This document shows positions 38,008 to 48,310 of a stretch of 64,000 nucleotides of DNA, one piece after another. The notes beneath the pieces were generated by a model. It was not told where the DNA came from. It saw only the letters and a program-made list of their open reading frames with translations, and did no database searches. Every line of letters starts with the position of its first letter. Position 1 is the stretch's first letter. A program made the position numbers and the translations under genes. Source of the stretch: an uncultured Bacteroidota bacterium (GTDB lineage Bacteria > Bacteroidota > Bacteroidia > Flavobacteriales > Flavobacteriaceae); contig CACPQA010000005.1 of assembly GCA_902635965.1 (NCBI GenBank), forward strand, positions 50,292 to 114,291. The letters are read 5' to 3'.

Positions 38008-39540
38008 ATGGAATCCAAAATCAAAATCCGTTCGGCATTAATCTCTGTTTATGACAAGGATGGGATAAAACCTATCATAAAAGAATTTGAGCGTGAGCAA
38101 ATTATCATATATTCTACCGGGGGCACAGGTGAATTCATTAAAAAATTAGGCATTAAATATGTCCCGATAGAAGATATAACTTCATATCCATCAATACTAG
38201 GTGGAAGAGTTAAAACTTTACATCCAAAAGTATTTGGAGGAATATTGAACAGAAAAAATAAAAACGAAGATCAAAAAGAATTATTGGATTATGAGATCCC
38301 TCAAATTGATTTAGTAATAGTTGATTTATATCCATTTGAAGAAACTATAAAATCTACTAAAAACGAAAGGAAAATTATAGAAAAAATTGATATTGGTGGA
38401 ATTTGTCTCATTAGAGCAGCGGCAAAAAACTTTAATGATGTTTTGTGCATATCCGATAAATCCGACTACGATGATTTATTGAAAATTTTGAAGAAATCAG
38501 GAGCCGAAACGACTATAGATACAAGAAAAAAGTTTGCTATTAAAGCATTTGATGTTTCGTCAAATTACGATACTGCAATTTTTAATTTCTTCAATAAAGA
38601 TAATTTTATTAAATCCCTAAAAATAAGTTCAAAAGATTACACACCTCTTAGATATGGAGAAAATCCTCACCAAAAAGGGACATTTTACGGGGATTTAAAA
38701 AAAGATCTTTTACAAATTCACGGGAAACAACTATCATACAATAATTTACTGGACATTGAAAATGCTGTCAGTCTTATTTCTGAATTTAAAAAAGAGAAAC
38801 CAACTTTTGGAATTTTAAAGCATAACAATGCATGCGGAATTTCGACAAAAAAAACAGTTTCTTTAGCATACAAAAGCGCTCTGATGAGCGATCCCATTTC
38901 AGCATTTGGAGGGGTTTTGATTGCTAACACTGAAATTGATTTTGAAACTGCTAAACTTTTAAAAAAATTATTTTTTGAAGTGCTAATAGCACCAAAATTC
39001 AACGAAAAAGCTTTGGAGTTATTAAAAGAAAAAAAGAACTTAATAATTTTAAAAAATAATATTAAAGAAAAAGAAGTTTTAAATTATAGATCTTGCCTAA
39101 ATGGTTTTTTAGTTCAAGAAAATGATTACAAGACAGATTCTCCAAAAAATTTAAGTTTTGTTACAAAAGAAATTCCTAATAAAAAGGAAATTAATGATTT
39201 AATATTTGCTTCAAAAGTAAGTAAGCACACAAAATCAAATACAATTGTCTTGGTAAAAAATTCTCAACTATTAGGTTCTGGTATGGGTCAAAGTTCGAGA
39301 GTTGACGCACTAAAACAAGCTATTAAAAAAGCAAAAAGTTTAGGTTTTAATTTGAAAAATGCGGTTATGGCTAGCGATGCCTTCTTTCCTTTCCCAGATT
39401 GTGTTGAAATTGCAAACAATGAAGGAATAAAATGTATTATCCAACCAGGAGGTTCAATTAAAGATAATTTATCAATTGAGTTTTGTGATAAAAACAAAAT
39501 GAAAATGGTCTTTACTGGGATACGTCATTTTAAGCATTAA
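38008..39540 (+). CDS. purH: Bifunctional AICAR transformylase / IMP cyclohydrolase PurH
   Basis: ALISVYDKDGI...STGGT...GGRVKTLHPKVFGGIL...DLVIVDLYPF...GGICLIRAAAKN...SDAFFPF...IIQPGGS...HF(K)H. Confidence 0.95.
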   Translation: MESKIKIRSALISVYDKDGIKPIIKEFEREQIIIYSTGGTGEFIKKLGIKYVPIEDITSYPSILGGRVKTLHPKVFGGILNRKNKNEDQKELLDYEIPQIDLVIVDLYPFEETIKSTKNERKIIEKIDIGGICLIRAAAKNFNDVLCISDKSDYDDLLKILKKSGAETTIDTRKKFAIKAFDVSSNYDTAIFNFFNKDNFIKSLKISSKDYTPLRYGENPHQKGTFYGDLKKDLLQIHGKQLSYNNLLDIENAVSLISEFKKEKPTFGILKHNNACGISTKKTVSLAYKSALMSDPISAFGGVLIANTEIDFETAKLLKKLFFEVLIAPKFNEKALELLKEKKNLIILKNNIKEKEVLNYRSCLNGFLVQENDYKTDSPKNLSFVTKEIPNKKEINDLIFASKVSKHTKSNTIVLVKNSQLLGSGMGQSSRVDALKQAIKKAKSLGFNLKNAVMASDAFFPFPDCVEIANNEGIKCIIQPGGSIKDNLSIEFCDKNKMKMVFTGIRHFKH

Positions 39541-39585
39541 TTTCTTAAATTTGCAATACTTTATTTAAAAAAATGACAAAATTTC

Positions 39586-40614
39586 ATGGGATTTTTTGAT
39601 TTTCTTACTGAAGATATAGCGATAGATTTGGGTACAGCAAACACTTTAATTATACATAAAGATAAGGTTGTTGTTGACAGCCCTTCTATTGTCGCCATTG
39701 ACAGGTCTACTAACAAAGTTATTGCTATAGGTCATGAGGCAAGTATGATGCAGGGTAAAACTCATGAAAATATTAAAACAATTAGACCACTTAAAGATGG
39801 TGTAATTGCAGACTTCAATGCTTCTGAGCAGATGATAAGTATGCTTATTAAAAGTGTTCCAACCTTAAAAAACAAAGTTGTTACTCCAGCACTAAAAATG
39901 GTTATTTGTATTCCCTCGGGTATAACAGAGGTTGAAATGAGAGCCGTCAGAGAGTCTGCTGAAAGAGTGAATGGTAAAGAAGTATATCTTATTCACGAAC
40001 CAATGGCTGCGGCAATTGGCATCGGTATCGATATAAAACAACCAAAAGGAAATATGATTGTAGATATTGGTGGGGGTACTACAGAAATTGCTGTGATTGC
40101 TCTGTCTGGTATAGTTTGTGATAAATCAGTTAAGATAGCAGGCGATGTATTTACCAATGATATAGTCTATTATATGAGAAGACAACATAATTTGTATGTT
40201 GGAGAAAGGACTGCTGAAAAAATTAAAATTAATGTTGGTTCCGCGACTGAAGATTTAGATAATCCACCAGATGAGATGTCAGTTCAAGGTAGGGATCTAT
40301 TGTCTGGGAAACCCAAACAGGTAATAGTTTCTCACAAGGAAGTTGCTAGAGCGTTAGACAAATCAATACTTAGAATTGAAGACGCAATTATGGAGGCTCT
40401 CTCACAAACACCTCCAGAACTAGCTGCGGATATATATAATACGGGGATTTATTTGGCTGGCGGGGGATCAATGTTAAGGGGTTTAGACAAAAGAATATCA
40501 ACCAAAACAGATTTGCCTGTTTACATAGCTGAAGATCCTCTTCAGGCGGTTGTGAGAGGAACTGGAATTACACTTAAGAATATAGATTTATATAAAACCA
40601 TCCTTATTAAATAA
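39586..40614 (+). CDS. mreB: Rod shape-determining protein MreB
   Basis: DIAIDLGTANTLI...EPMAAAIG...DIGGGTTEIAV...LAGGGSMLRGLD. Confidence 0.95.
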   Translation: MGFFDFLTEDIAIDLGTANTLIIHKDKVVVDSPSIVAIDRSTNKVIAIGHEASMMQGKTHENIKTIRPLKDGVIADFNASEQMISMLIKSVPTLKNKVVTPALKMVICIPSGITEVEMRAVRESAERVNGKEVYLIHEPMAAAIGIGIDIKQPKGNMIVDIGGGTTEIAVIALSGIVCDKSVKIAGDVFTNDIVYYMRRQHNLYVGERTAEKIKINVGSATEDLDNPPDEMSVQGRDLLSGKPKQVIVSHKEVARALDKSILRIEDAIMEALSQTPPELAADIYNTGIYLAGGGSMLRGLDKRISTKTDLPVYIAEDPLQAVVRGTGITLKNIDLYKTILIK

Positions 40615-40619
40615 ATCTA

Positions 40620-41414
40620 ATGCAGTGGCTACTTAGTTTTATACTTAGATATAAAAACTTGTTTTTGTACCTTTTTTTTGTATCTATAATTTTATCTTTT
40701 TCATATTTCCAAAGCGAATATCATAAATCAAAGATTTACAAAGCTAGTATCATCGCCAGCGGTTTAGCTTCAGAGCCTTTAAAAAATTTAACATCGTATT
40801 TTCGACTAAAAAAAATAAACGCAAAGCTTTTAGAAGAAAACTTTCATTTAAAATCTTTACTTATTGATGAAAATTATAAATCAAATTATGAATATGAGAA
40901 AATTGATTCTCCGTATTCATTAATCTTAGGTAATGTAATTAAAAATAATATATCTAGTAACAGAAATATTATCATAATAAATAAGGGGGGTTCTGATATG
41001 GTTGAAAAAGAAATGGGGGTTATTGGTAGTGATGGAATTATTGGTATTGTAAATCAAACCACCGAAAACTTTTCATCTGTCCTATCAATTCTTCATAAAG
41101 ACATAAAAATTAATGCGAAGCATAAAAAAACAAATGCATTTGGTTCCTTGTTTTGGGAGGGAAATGACCCTGACAAAGTAACCCTTTCTGATATTTCGAT
41201 TATAAATAAAATTAATGTAGGTGACACAATAGTTACTGGGGGCATGTCATCATATTTCCCTGAAGGTATTCCTATTGGAAAGATCGTAGAATTTAAAAAT
41301 AATGGTAGGTATTACTTGATAAATGTCAAACTCATAAATAATATGACTAATCTAAATAATGTTTATTTTTTAAAAAATAAGTATAAATCTGAGATTGAGT
41401 CCCTTTACAAATAA
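40620..41414 (+). CDS. mreC: Rod shape-determining protein MreC
   Basis: Position after mreB. N-terminal TM/coiled coil (LLEENFHLKSLL). C-terminal beta-rich domain (GDTIVTGGMSSYFPEGIPIGKI). Confidence 0.8.
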   Translation: MQWLLSFILRYKNLFLYLFFVSIILSFSYFQSEYHKSKIYKASIIASGLASEPLKNLTSYFRLKKINAKLLEENFHLKSLLIDENYKSNYEYEKIDSPYSLILGNVIKNNISSNRNIIIINKGGSDMVEKEMGVIGSDGIIGIVNQTTENFSSVLSILHKDIKINAKHKKTNAFGSLFWEGNDPDKVTLSDISIINKINVGDTIVTGGMSSYFPEGIPIGKIVEFKNNGRYYLINVKLINNMTNLNNVYFLKNKYKSEIESLYK

Positions 41415-41416
41415 AA

Positions 41417-41923
41417 ATGAATCAATACTACCCAAAAATATTTTTGCTTTCTTGTTTTTTGGTTTTTTTACAACTTCTAATTTTTGATAGAATAAACTTG
41501 TTTGGTTTTATGAATCCAAGTATTTACATATTGGTCTTAATTACATATAGATATGACATGGACCAATTTAATTTTATTTTAATTGGTTTTTTGTTGGGTC
41601 TTATGATGGATATTTTGAGTCAATCAGCAGGATCACACAGCCTTTCTTGTGTGACCATTTCCTTTATAAGACCTTTAATTACAAAGTTTTCTATTGGTCC
41701 AAACTATGAGGATTTTTCTAATCCGATTTCGTCTGGAATTTTGATCTCAAATAGGGTTTTGTATTATCTTTTAATTATAATTCTTCATCAGCTAATTTTA
41801 AATTCTTATTCATATTTCAATTGGATACATACTTTCACAATTTTAAAATTGACAATTGCCAACTCAATATTCACTTTTGTGGTGATTATTTCATTTATAA
41901 ACCTTTTTAGCGCTAAAGAATGA
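41417..41923 (+). CDS. mreD: Rod shape-determining protein MreD
   Basis: 168-aa polytopic membrane protein between mreC and the PBP2 gene. Confidence 0.6.
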   Translation: MNQYYPKIFLLSCFLVFLQLLIFDRINLFGFMNPSIYILVLITYRYDMDQFNFILIGFLLGLMMDILSQSAGSHSLSCVTISFIRPLITKFSIGPNYEDFSNPISSGILISNRVLYYLLIIILHQLILNSYSYFNWIHTFTILKLTIANSIFTFVVIISFINLFSAKE

Positions 41924-43782
41924 CTAGGATTTACCTATTAAAATTATTGACAATTGTGATTAGTTTGATTTTTTTAATAAAACTTTTTGGTTTACAAGTT
42001 TTAAATAAAGACTACGACAAATTATCTCAAAATAATGCTATTCTTGAGATAGAGGATTATCCAGAGCGTGGATTTATCTACGACAGAAAAGGTAGAATTT
42101 TAGTTTCAAATCAGCCCGCTTATGATGTTATGATTATCCCTGAAAATTTGTCTCCTTTCGATACTTTGTCATTTTGCAGTTTAACAGGTATTGAAAAAAA
42201 AGAATTGATATCAAATTTAGAAAGTGCTAGAAGATTTTCTATGAGATTACCTTCTGTTATCGTGAATCAAATATCAAAAGAGGTCTATGCAAAACTTCAA
42301 GAGCAAATGTGGAAATTTCAAGGTTTTTTTATTCAAAGAAAATCAATAAGAGATTATAGATTTAGCTTTGGTGCAAATGTTCTTGGTTATGTAAGTGAAG
42401 TTAATAATCAAGATCTTATGAGAGATAACTATTATCGTCAAGGAGATTTAATTGGTAGGCAAGGGATTGAAAAATCCTATGAAAATGAGTTAAGAGGCAA
42501 AAAAGGAAAAAAGTTCCTCCAAAAGGACAGATTTAACAGGATTATTGGTCCCTATAAAAATGGTAAATACGACATAGAACCTGTGCAAGCAAAAAATATA
42601 AACTTAACAATTGACATTGAATTACAATCCTATGGTGAAAAACTGATGAAAAATAAAAGAGGAGGTGTTGTAGCTATTGAACCAGAAACTGGCGAGGTGT
42701 TAGCATTAGTTACCGCTCCTTCCTATGACCCAAAAATTTTAGTTGGAAGACAACGTTCAGATAATTACAAAATGCTTGCCAATGATACTGTTTCTAAACC
42801 ATTGTTTGATAGAGCTTTACTTGCACAGTACTCTCCTGGTTCAACATTAAAACCTCTTAATGCATTAATCGCATTACAAGAAGGGGTAATAAATAATGAA
42901 ACCCAGCATAATTGTAATAAAGGGTTTTATTATGCTAAGAATGCTCATATGGATTGTAATTGTAAATATGGAAGTAAAAATGACTTAATAAAAAGCATTA
43001 ATAAATCTTGCAATACTTTTTTCTCAAAAACTTATTTGAGTCTCATAAACAATTCAAAGTCAACAGCCGAAGGAATCGATAATTGGAAGAAGTATCTTGA
43101 AAGTTTTGGTCTAGGAAACTATCTTGGATATGACCTTCCGATTGGAAGACCTGGTTTGATTCCAAACTCAAGTTTTTACAATGATTTATATAAGGGAGAA
43201 AACTGGAGTGCAACCAATATAATTTCAAATGGAATAGGTCAGGGGGAAGTTCTAGCAACACCTATACAACTTGCAAATTATACAAGTGCGATTGCCAACA
43301 AAGGATTTTATATTACTCCTCATTTTGTAAAAATCAAAGACGAAAAAAAACCTTATAATGAAATGCCAAAGATTACTACAGCTGTTGATACAAATAATTT
43401 TTTTGATGTAATTGACGGAATGTATAAAGTAGTAGAGGAGGGCACCGCGAGAATTGCGAAGATAAATGGACTAAAAGTTTGTGGCAAAACAGGGACAGTT
43501 GAAAATTTCACCATAATTAAAGGAAAAAAAACACAGCTCACTGATCACTCAATTTTCATAGCATTTGCCCCTAAAGAAAATCCTAAAATTGCAGTTGCTG
43601 CTTTTATTGAAAATGGATATTGGGGGTCAAGATGGGCAGCTCCAATTTCTAGTTTGATGATTGAAAAGTATCTAAATAATACTATTACTAGACCAAGACT
43701 AGAGAATAGAATGTTAAATGGAAGCCTTGAGCTAGAATACAACAAACCAATTTCAGGAGAAAATTTTAATATAAATGAATAG
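41920..43782 (+). CDS. mrdA: Penicillin-binding protein 2 (elongasome transpeptidase)
   Basis: RGFIYDRKGRILVSN. SxxK as SPGSTLKP. KTGT(VE). Located between mreD and rodA. Confidence 0.9.
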   Translation: MTRIYLLKLLTIVISLIFLIKLFGLQVLNKDYDKLSQNNAILEIEDYPERGFIYDRKGRILVSNQPAYDVMIIPENLSPFDTLSFCSLTGIEKKELISNLESARRFSMRLPSVIVNQISKEVYAKLQEQMWKFQGFFIQRKSIRDYRFSFGANVLGYVSEVNNQDLMRDNYYRQGDLIGRQGIEKSYENELRGKKGKKFLQKDRFNRIIGPYKNGKYDIEPVQAKNINLTIDIELQSYGEKLMKNKRGGVVAIEPETGEVLALVTAPSYDPKILVGRQRSDNYKMLANDTVSKPLFDRALLAQYSPGSTLKPLNALIALQEGVINNETQHNCNKGFYYAKNAHMDCNCKYGSKNDLIKSINKSCNTFFSKTYLSLINNSKSTAEGIDNWKKYLESFGLGNYLGYDLPIGRPGLIPNSSFYNDLYKGENWSATNIISNGIGQGEVLATPIQLANYTSAIANKGFYITPHFVKIKDEKKPYNEMPKITTAVDTNNFFDVIDGMYKVVEEGTARIAKINGLKVCGKTGTVENFTIIKGKKTQLTDHSIFIAFAPKENPKIAVAAFIENGYWGSRWAAPISSLMIEKYLNNTITRPRLENRMLNGSLELEYNKPISGENFNINE

Positions 43783-45034
43783 AACACTTCGAATAGATTG
43801 GATAACAATTGTAATATATTTTTTATTGGTAAGTACTGGAATTTTGAATATATATTCATCCACTTACAGTAATGAAAGAATCAATTCGTTTGACTTAAAT
43901 AGTCTTGCTTTTAAACAATTTTTGTTTTTTACTTTCTCTCTTATTTCAGGAATTTTTATTTTATTTGCCCCTTCTAAATTTTTTCAGAAATTCTCGAGTC
44001 TTATATATTTATTATCTATTTTTTTGTTGATAGGCCTTTTTGCCTTTGGTGACACCGTTTATGGACACAAATCATGGTATACACTTTTTGGACTTAGCAT
44101 TCAACCAACAGAAATAGCAAAACTTTCAACCAATTTAGCTATTGCAAAATTATTGAGTGAAATTGAAATAGACTTAAAAAAAATTAAATCACTCATTCAA
44201 GTTTTTCTGGTCATTTTAATACCAGTGTTACTCACTTTACTACAACCAGACTTTGGATCAGCTTTGATTTTTTTATCTTTTACATTCGTTTTATTTAGAG
44301 AGGGATTGAATCCAAATTTTCTTTTGTTTTTAGGCCTATCTATGATATTAGCTTTATTCGCCCTTATAAAACCATTTTTTTATATTTCAGTTTTTTTAAC
44401 TGGTTTTTTTGGTTGCTTTTATTTTTTGTCAAAAAAAATAAATAAAAAAGTTTCATCAATACCTATAATTATAGTTTTTATTTTAAGCTGTGTATATGTT
44501 TTTTCAATAAATCATATTTACGAAGACTTACTTTCTCAAAGACATAGAGATAGAATAGATATTTTTTTAGGAAAGGAAACAGACATTATGGGAATTGGTT
44601 ATAATTTGAATCAATCAATAATTGCTATTGGATCAGGAGGAATTTCTGGAAAAGGGTTTTTACAGGGAACCCAAACAAAGGGGAAGTTTGTTCCTAGACA
44701 ACATACTGATTATATTTTCAGTACAATCGGTGAAGAATGGGGATTTTATGGAACTTCTATTATAATCATTTTATTTGCTACGCTCATTTTAAGAATACTA
44801 TTTCGAGCTGAACTTCAAAAAAATATTTTTGGACGATCATATGCTTACGGAGCTGCAAGTTTAATTTTTATGCATTTTTTTATTAATGTTGGAATGTCAA
44901 TTGGTTTAGTACCAACTATAGGTATTCCTCTACCATTTATAAGTTATGGTGGATCTAGTATGTATACATTTACTATTTTGATTTTTATATATCTAAATAT
45001 TGATGCAAACAGACTGAACGAAACAAGGATATAA
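43775..45034 (+). CDS. rodA: Rod shape-determining protein RodA (SEDS family)
   Basis: Polytopic. IQPTEIAKL, PDFGSALIF, TDYIFSTIGEEWGF, PLPFISYGGSS. Confidence 0.9.
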   Translation: MNRTLRIDWITIVIYFLLVSTGILNIYSSTYSNERINSFDLNSLAFKQFLFFTFSLISGIFILFAPSKFFQKFSSLIYLLSIFLLIGLFAFGDTVYGHKSWYTLFGLSIQPTEIAKLSTNLAIAKLLSEIEIDLKKIKSLIQVFLVILIPVLLTLLQPDFGSALIFLSFTFVLFREGLNPNFLLFLGLSMILALFALIKPFFYISVFLTGFFGCFYFLSKKINKKVSSIPIIIVFILSCVYVFSINHIYEDLLSQRHRDRIDIFLGKETDIMGIGYNLNQSIIAIGSGGISGKGFLQGTQTKGKFVPRQHTDYIFSTIGEEWGFYGTSIIIILFATLILRILFRAELQKNIFGRSYAYGAASLIFMHFFINVGMSIGLVPTIGIPLPFISYGGSSMYTFTILIFIYLNIDANRLNETRI

Positions 45035-45038
45035 TTCA

Positions 45039-47219
45039 CTAATTAGCAGCTTGAGCAAATTTTTTGGAATCAACAAAAACTTCACTTAAATCTTTTAAAA
45101 TATTGATAGCTTCATCTATATAAATATCTTTTGATAAAGCTTCTTCCCATCGCTCTCTTTTTTTAGTTAAAATTGAATCCTTTGAAATCTTATCTAAATC
45201 TGTATTGGTGGGGTAGAAAGATAATGTGTTACTGAATTCATTCAATTTTCTAAATTTTTTTGACTCTATATCTTCAATTTCCTTTTGTTTAATCAAATCA
45301 TTGTAATTTAATGTGAATTCTGAATTTTCTTGCCTTTGCCTGATTAATTTCGCTTGATCATCAATTAGTTTTACGTACGGATTGATTTCAAGCCTCCTTT
45401 GGCTTTTTTCTATAATACTTAAAAATCTGTCCTCGTTAATAAATGTTTCGTAAGAAGCCGGAGTGATTTTATCCCATTTTAGTGGATTGTCTTGATCCCT
45501 CTCTCCAACTTCTATATAAGAATATCTGTTTGGAAAAATTACATCACTCTTAACTCCTTCTAACTGAGTTGATCCTCCGTTAATTCTATAAAACTTGTCA
45601 GTTGTCACTTTCATCGCCCCCATATCTCCATATGTATTCCCAGAGATTATCTTATTCAAATCAATCATATTTTGAACGGTCCCTTTTCCATATGTTTGCT
45701 TACTACCTAAAACAATACCTCTCCTGTAATCTTGAAATGCAGCAGCCAAAATTTCTGATGCTGATGCTGAAAACTCGTTAACTAAAAGGACTAGAGCTCC
45801 ATCCCATTCTATTTGATTATCTGTGTCAAATAATATCTGTTTTTTTCCACCTGTGGATTTGACTTGAACGATTGGACCATCTTTGATAAAATATCCAGCC
45901 ATATCAACTACTGTTTGTAAAGAACCTCCACCATTGTTCCTTAAATCAATAATTATTCCCTGCACATTTTGTTTTTTAAGCTTTTGTATTTCATTTTTAA
46001 CATCAGTGGCTGCATTTCTTTTGCCGTAATCTTGAAAATCAACATAAAATCTTGGTAAATTAATTAAGCCGTATTTAACGTTATCTTTTTCAATAATAGT
46101 AGACTTCGCAAAAGCTTCTTCAAGTTCAATAATGTCCCTTGTTAAATTTACATCAATTATAGATCCATCAAGTTTTTTTACGGTAAGAATCACCTGAGTA
46201 CCTTTGGGCCCTTTTATAAGTTTAATAACATCATCGAGCCTCATTCCCACAACATCTACAGGTGTTTCATTAAGTTGCGATACTTTAAGAATTTTATCAC
46301 CCGGCCTAAGCGAATTTTCCCTCCAAACAGGACCTCCAGAAATTATTTCTACAATTTCAACTTCTTGATTCCTTTTGGTGAGTCTAGCGCCTATACCCTC
46401 AAATTTACCTGATATATTTTGATCAAATCTATCTTTAGCACTAGGAGCAAAATAAGATGTATGAGGATCAAACTGAAGAGCAATCGAATTGACATAAATA
46501 GAAAAATAATCGTTTCTATTTAGATCATATCTAGCTTCAAAAAAGTATTTCATATCTTCTTTGAGTACATTTCTTGTCTCAAGTTCTAAAACGTCGTCAG
46601 CTCTTAAGTTATAATTAGGATCCTTTTCTTTTTTTCTTTTTTCCTCTTCTTTTAAATTTGAAAAAATACCGAGTGCATTAAACTTTAAAAACTTTCTCCA
46701 CTGTTGTTTCAATTCCGATAATGATTTGGAATAGGAAGTACTTTCAAAATCTAAATTTATTTTTTCATCAATACTGAAATCAAACGTTTGATTTAATAGG
46801 GTTGGGTAAAATGACTTTACTTGATCTAATCTTTGAAGGTACCTTTGATGTGAAAGATCAAAAAATTCAATCTTAGATGATATGATTTGGTCATCAATTT
46901 CAAACTTGTACGAATCAAAAAAATCTATATCGCTTTGAATGAAAAATAAATGCCGACTGTCTACTCCGTTAAGAAAGTTTTTGTAAACATCTTCTGAAAA
47001 TTGATCATCTATCTGTGATGGTGAATAATGACCTCTTTTTAACACATATGAAACGATTTCAATTAGTAACTTATCTTTAGATGGGTTGTTAAACTCAATA
47101 AAATAGCTAGTAAAATATGTTATAATTAAAAATGGTGTAAATAATAATCTTGTCATAAAAGGGTTCAAATTTATGTATTTGATCCAAACCATACAAAAAA
47201 ATTTATTTGATTTTAACAT
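45039..47219 (-). CDS. Carboxy-terminal processing (tail-specific) protease, S41 family
   Basis: PDZ (GDKILKV...VVGMRLDDVIKLIKGPKGT). S41 core (IIDLRNNGGGSL, NEFSASASEI, GKGTVQ). The likely true start is the internal MTRLLF at about 47156. Confidence 0.85.
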   Translation of the reverse strand: MLKSNKFFCMVWIKYINLNPFMTRLLFTPFLIITYFTSYFIEFNNPSKDKLLIEIVSYVLKRGHYSPSQIDDQFSEDVYKNFLNGVDSRHLFFIQSDIDFFDSYKFEIDDQIISSKIEFFDLSHQRYLQRLDQVKSFYPTLLNQTFDFSIDEKINLDFESTSYSKSLSELKQQWRKFLKFNALGIFSNLKEEEKRKKEKDPNYNLRADDVLELETRNVLKEDMKYFFEARYDLNRNDYFSIYVNSIALQFDPHTSYFAPSAKDRFDQNISGKFEGIGARLTKRNQEVEIVEIISGGPVWRENSLRPGDKILKVSQLNETPVDVVGMRLDDVIKLIKGPKGTQVILTVKKLDGSIIDVNLTRDIIELEEAFAKSTIIEKDNVKYGLINLPRFYVDFQDYGKRNAATDVKNEIQKLKKQNVQGIIIDLRNNGGGSLQTVVDMAGYFIKDGPIVQVKSTGGKKQILFDTDNQIEWDGALVLLVNEFSASASEILAAAFQDYRRGIVLGSKQTYGKGTVQNMIDLNKIISGNTYGDMGAMKVTTDKFYRINGGSTQLEGVKSDVIFPNRYSYIEVGERDQDNPLKWDKITPASYETFINEDRFLSIIEKSQRRLEINPYVKLIDDQAKLIRQRQENSEFTLNYNDLIKQKEIEDIESKKFRKLNEFSNTLSFYPTNTDLDKISKDSILTKKRERWEEALSKDIYIDEAINILKDLSEVFVDSKKFAQAAN

Positions 47220-47271
47220 TATTTTAGTAGTACAGTTTCTTAATTCACTAACTTTAAAAAAAATGTTAAAG

Positions 47272-48039
47272 ATGGCAAAACGTCCTCTTATTCTTGCTAC
47301 AAACGATGATGGTATAAACGCACCTGGTCTAAAATATCTCGTAAGTGTTGTATCACAGATTGGTGATGTTGTTATTGTAGCTCCTGATTCTGCAAAATCA
47401 GCAACCAGCCAAGCAATAACTATAAATTCTCCTTTGTATGTGTCTAAAAGTAATTATCATTTAAAATCAAAATTCGAATATCAATTGTCAGGAACACCTG
47501 CTGACTGTGTAAAATTTGGAGTTAATGAAATTTTAAAAAAAAAACCTGATTTATGTGTTTCAGGGATTAACCATGGGGCTAATTCATCAATAAACGCCCT
47601 TTACTCCGGAACCATAGGTGCAGCAATTGAAGCCGCTATTCAGGGAGTTCCAGCTGTTGGTTTCTCTATTCATGACTATAGCTGGGACGCTAAATTTAAT
47701 CATCTGGAAAAATTTATCAAATCAATAATTCTTAATGTTTTAAATATGAAACTGCCTACTAATATTGTGCTCAATGTAAACTTTCCAAGGTCAAAAGTAA
47801 AGGGATTAAAGATTTGTAGACATGCCAATACACATTGGGAAGAAAATTTCATTAAAAGAAAGAATCCTGTGGGAAAAATATACTATTGGTTAACTGGAAA
47901 TTTCATAAATAATGATAATTCAAATGAAACAGACGAATACGCCATTAAAAATGGTTATGGGTCAATTGTACCAATCAGGTTTGATTTGACTGCAAAGGAT
48001 TACATCCATGAGTTAGAAAAGTGGGAATTTAATGGTTAA
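47272..48039 (+). CDS. surE: 5'/3'-nucleotidase SurE
   Basis: MAKRPLILATNDDGINAPGL...SGINHGANSS...YSGTIGAAIEA. The start is trimmed from the ORF-track 47173 to the ATG at 47272. Confidence 0.9.
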   Translation: MAKRPLILATNDDGINAPGLKYLVSVVSQIGDVVIVAPDSAKSATSQAITINSPLYVSKSNYHLKSKFEYQLSGTPADCVKFGVNEILKKKPDLCVSGINHGANSSINALYSGTIGAAIEAAIQGVPAVGFSIHDYSWDAKFNHLEKFIKSIILNVLNMKLPTNIVLNVNFPRSKVKGLKICRHANTHWEENFIKRKNPVGKIYYWLTGNFINNDNSNETDEYAIKNGYGSIVPIRFDLTAKDYIHELEKWEFNG

Positions 48040-48310
48040 AGAAAAACTAGCAGGTTTTATCATTGGAGTAACTGGGACTCTAGCGGGTATCATTTTTTTT
48101 ATAATGATATTCTCTCCAGAATCAGTTTACTACAGCTTAGAATCTCTATTTATTCAGAAAAAACTAGGTTCTTTAATAAGTGTAGGGTCTTTAATAAACA
48201 TCCCAATATTTTTTATTTTTTTAAAATTTAATAAAGTAAGTTACGCATATGGATTGATATCATATCTTTTACTTTTAGTTCTTATTGTTGTTGTTTTAAA
48301 AGTTTTATAA
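48032..48310 (+). CDS. Small hypothetical membrane protein (3 predicted TM helices)
   Basis: 92-aa hydrophobic ORF tightly packed between surE (8-nt overlap) and lpxB (0-nt gap). Confidence 0.4.
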   Translation: MVKEKLAGFIIGVTGTLAGIIFFIMIFSPESVYYSLESLFIQKKLGSLISVGSLINIPIFFIFLKFNKVSYAYGLISYLLLLVLIVVVLKVL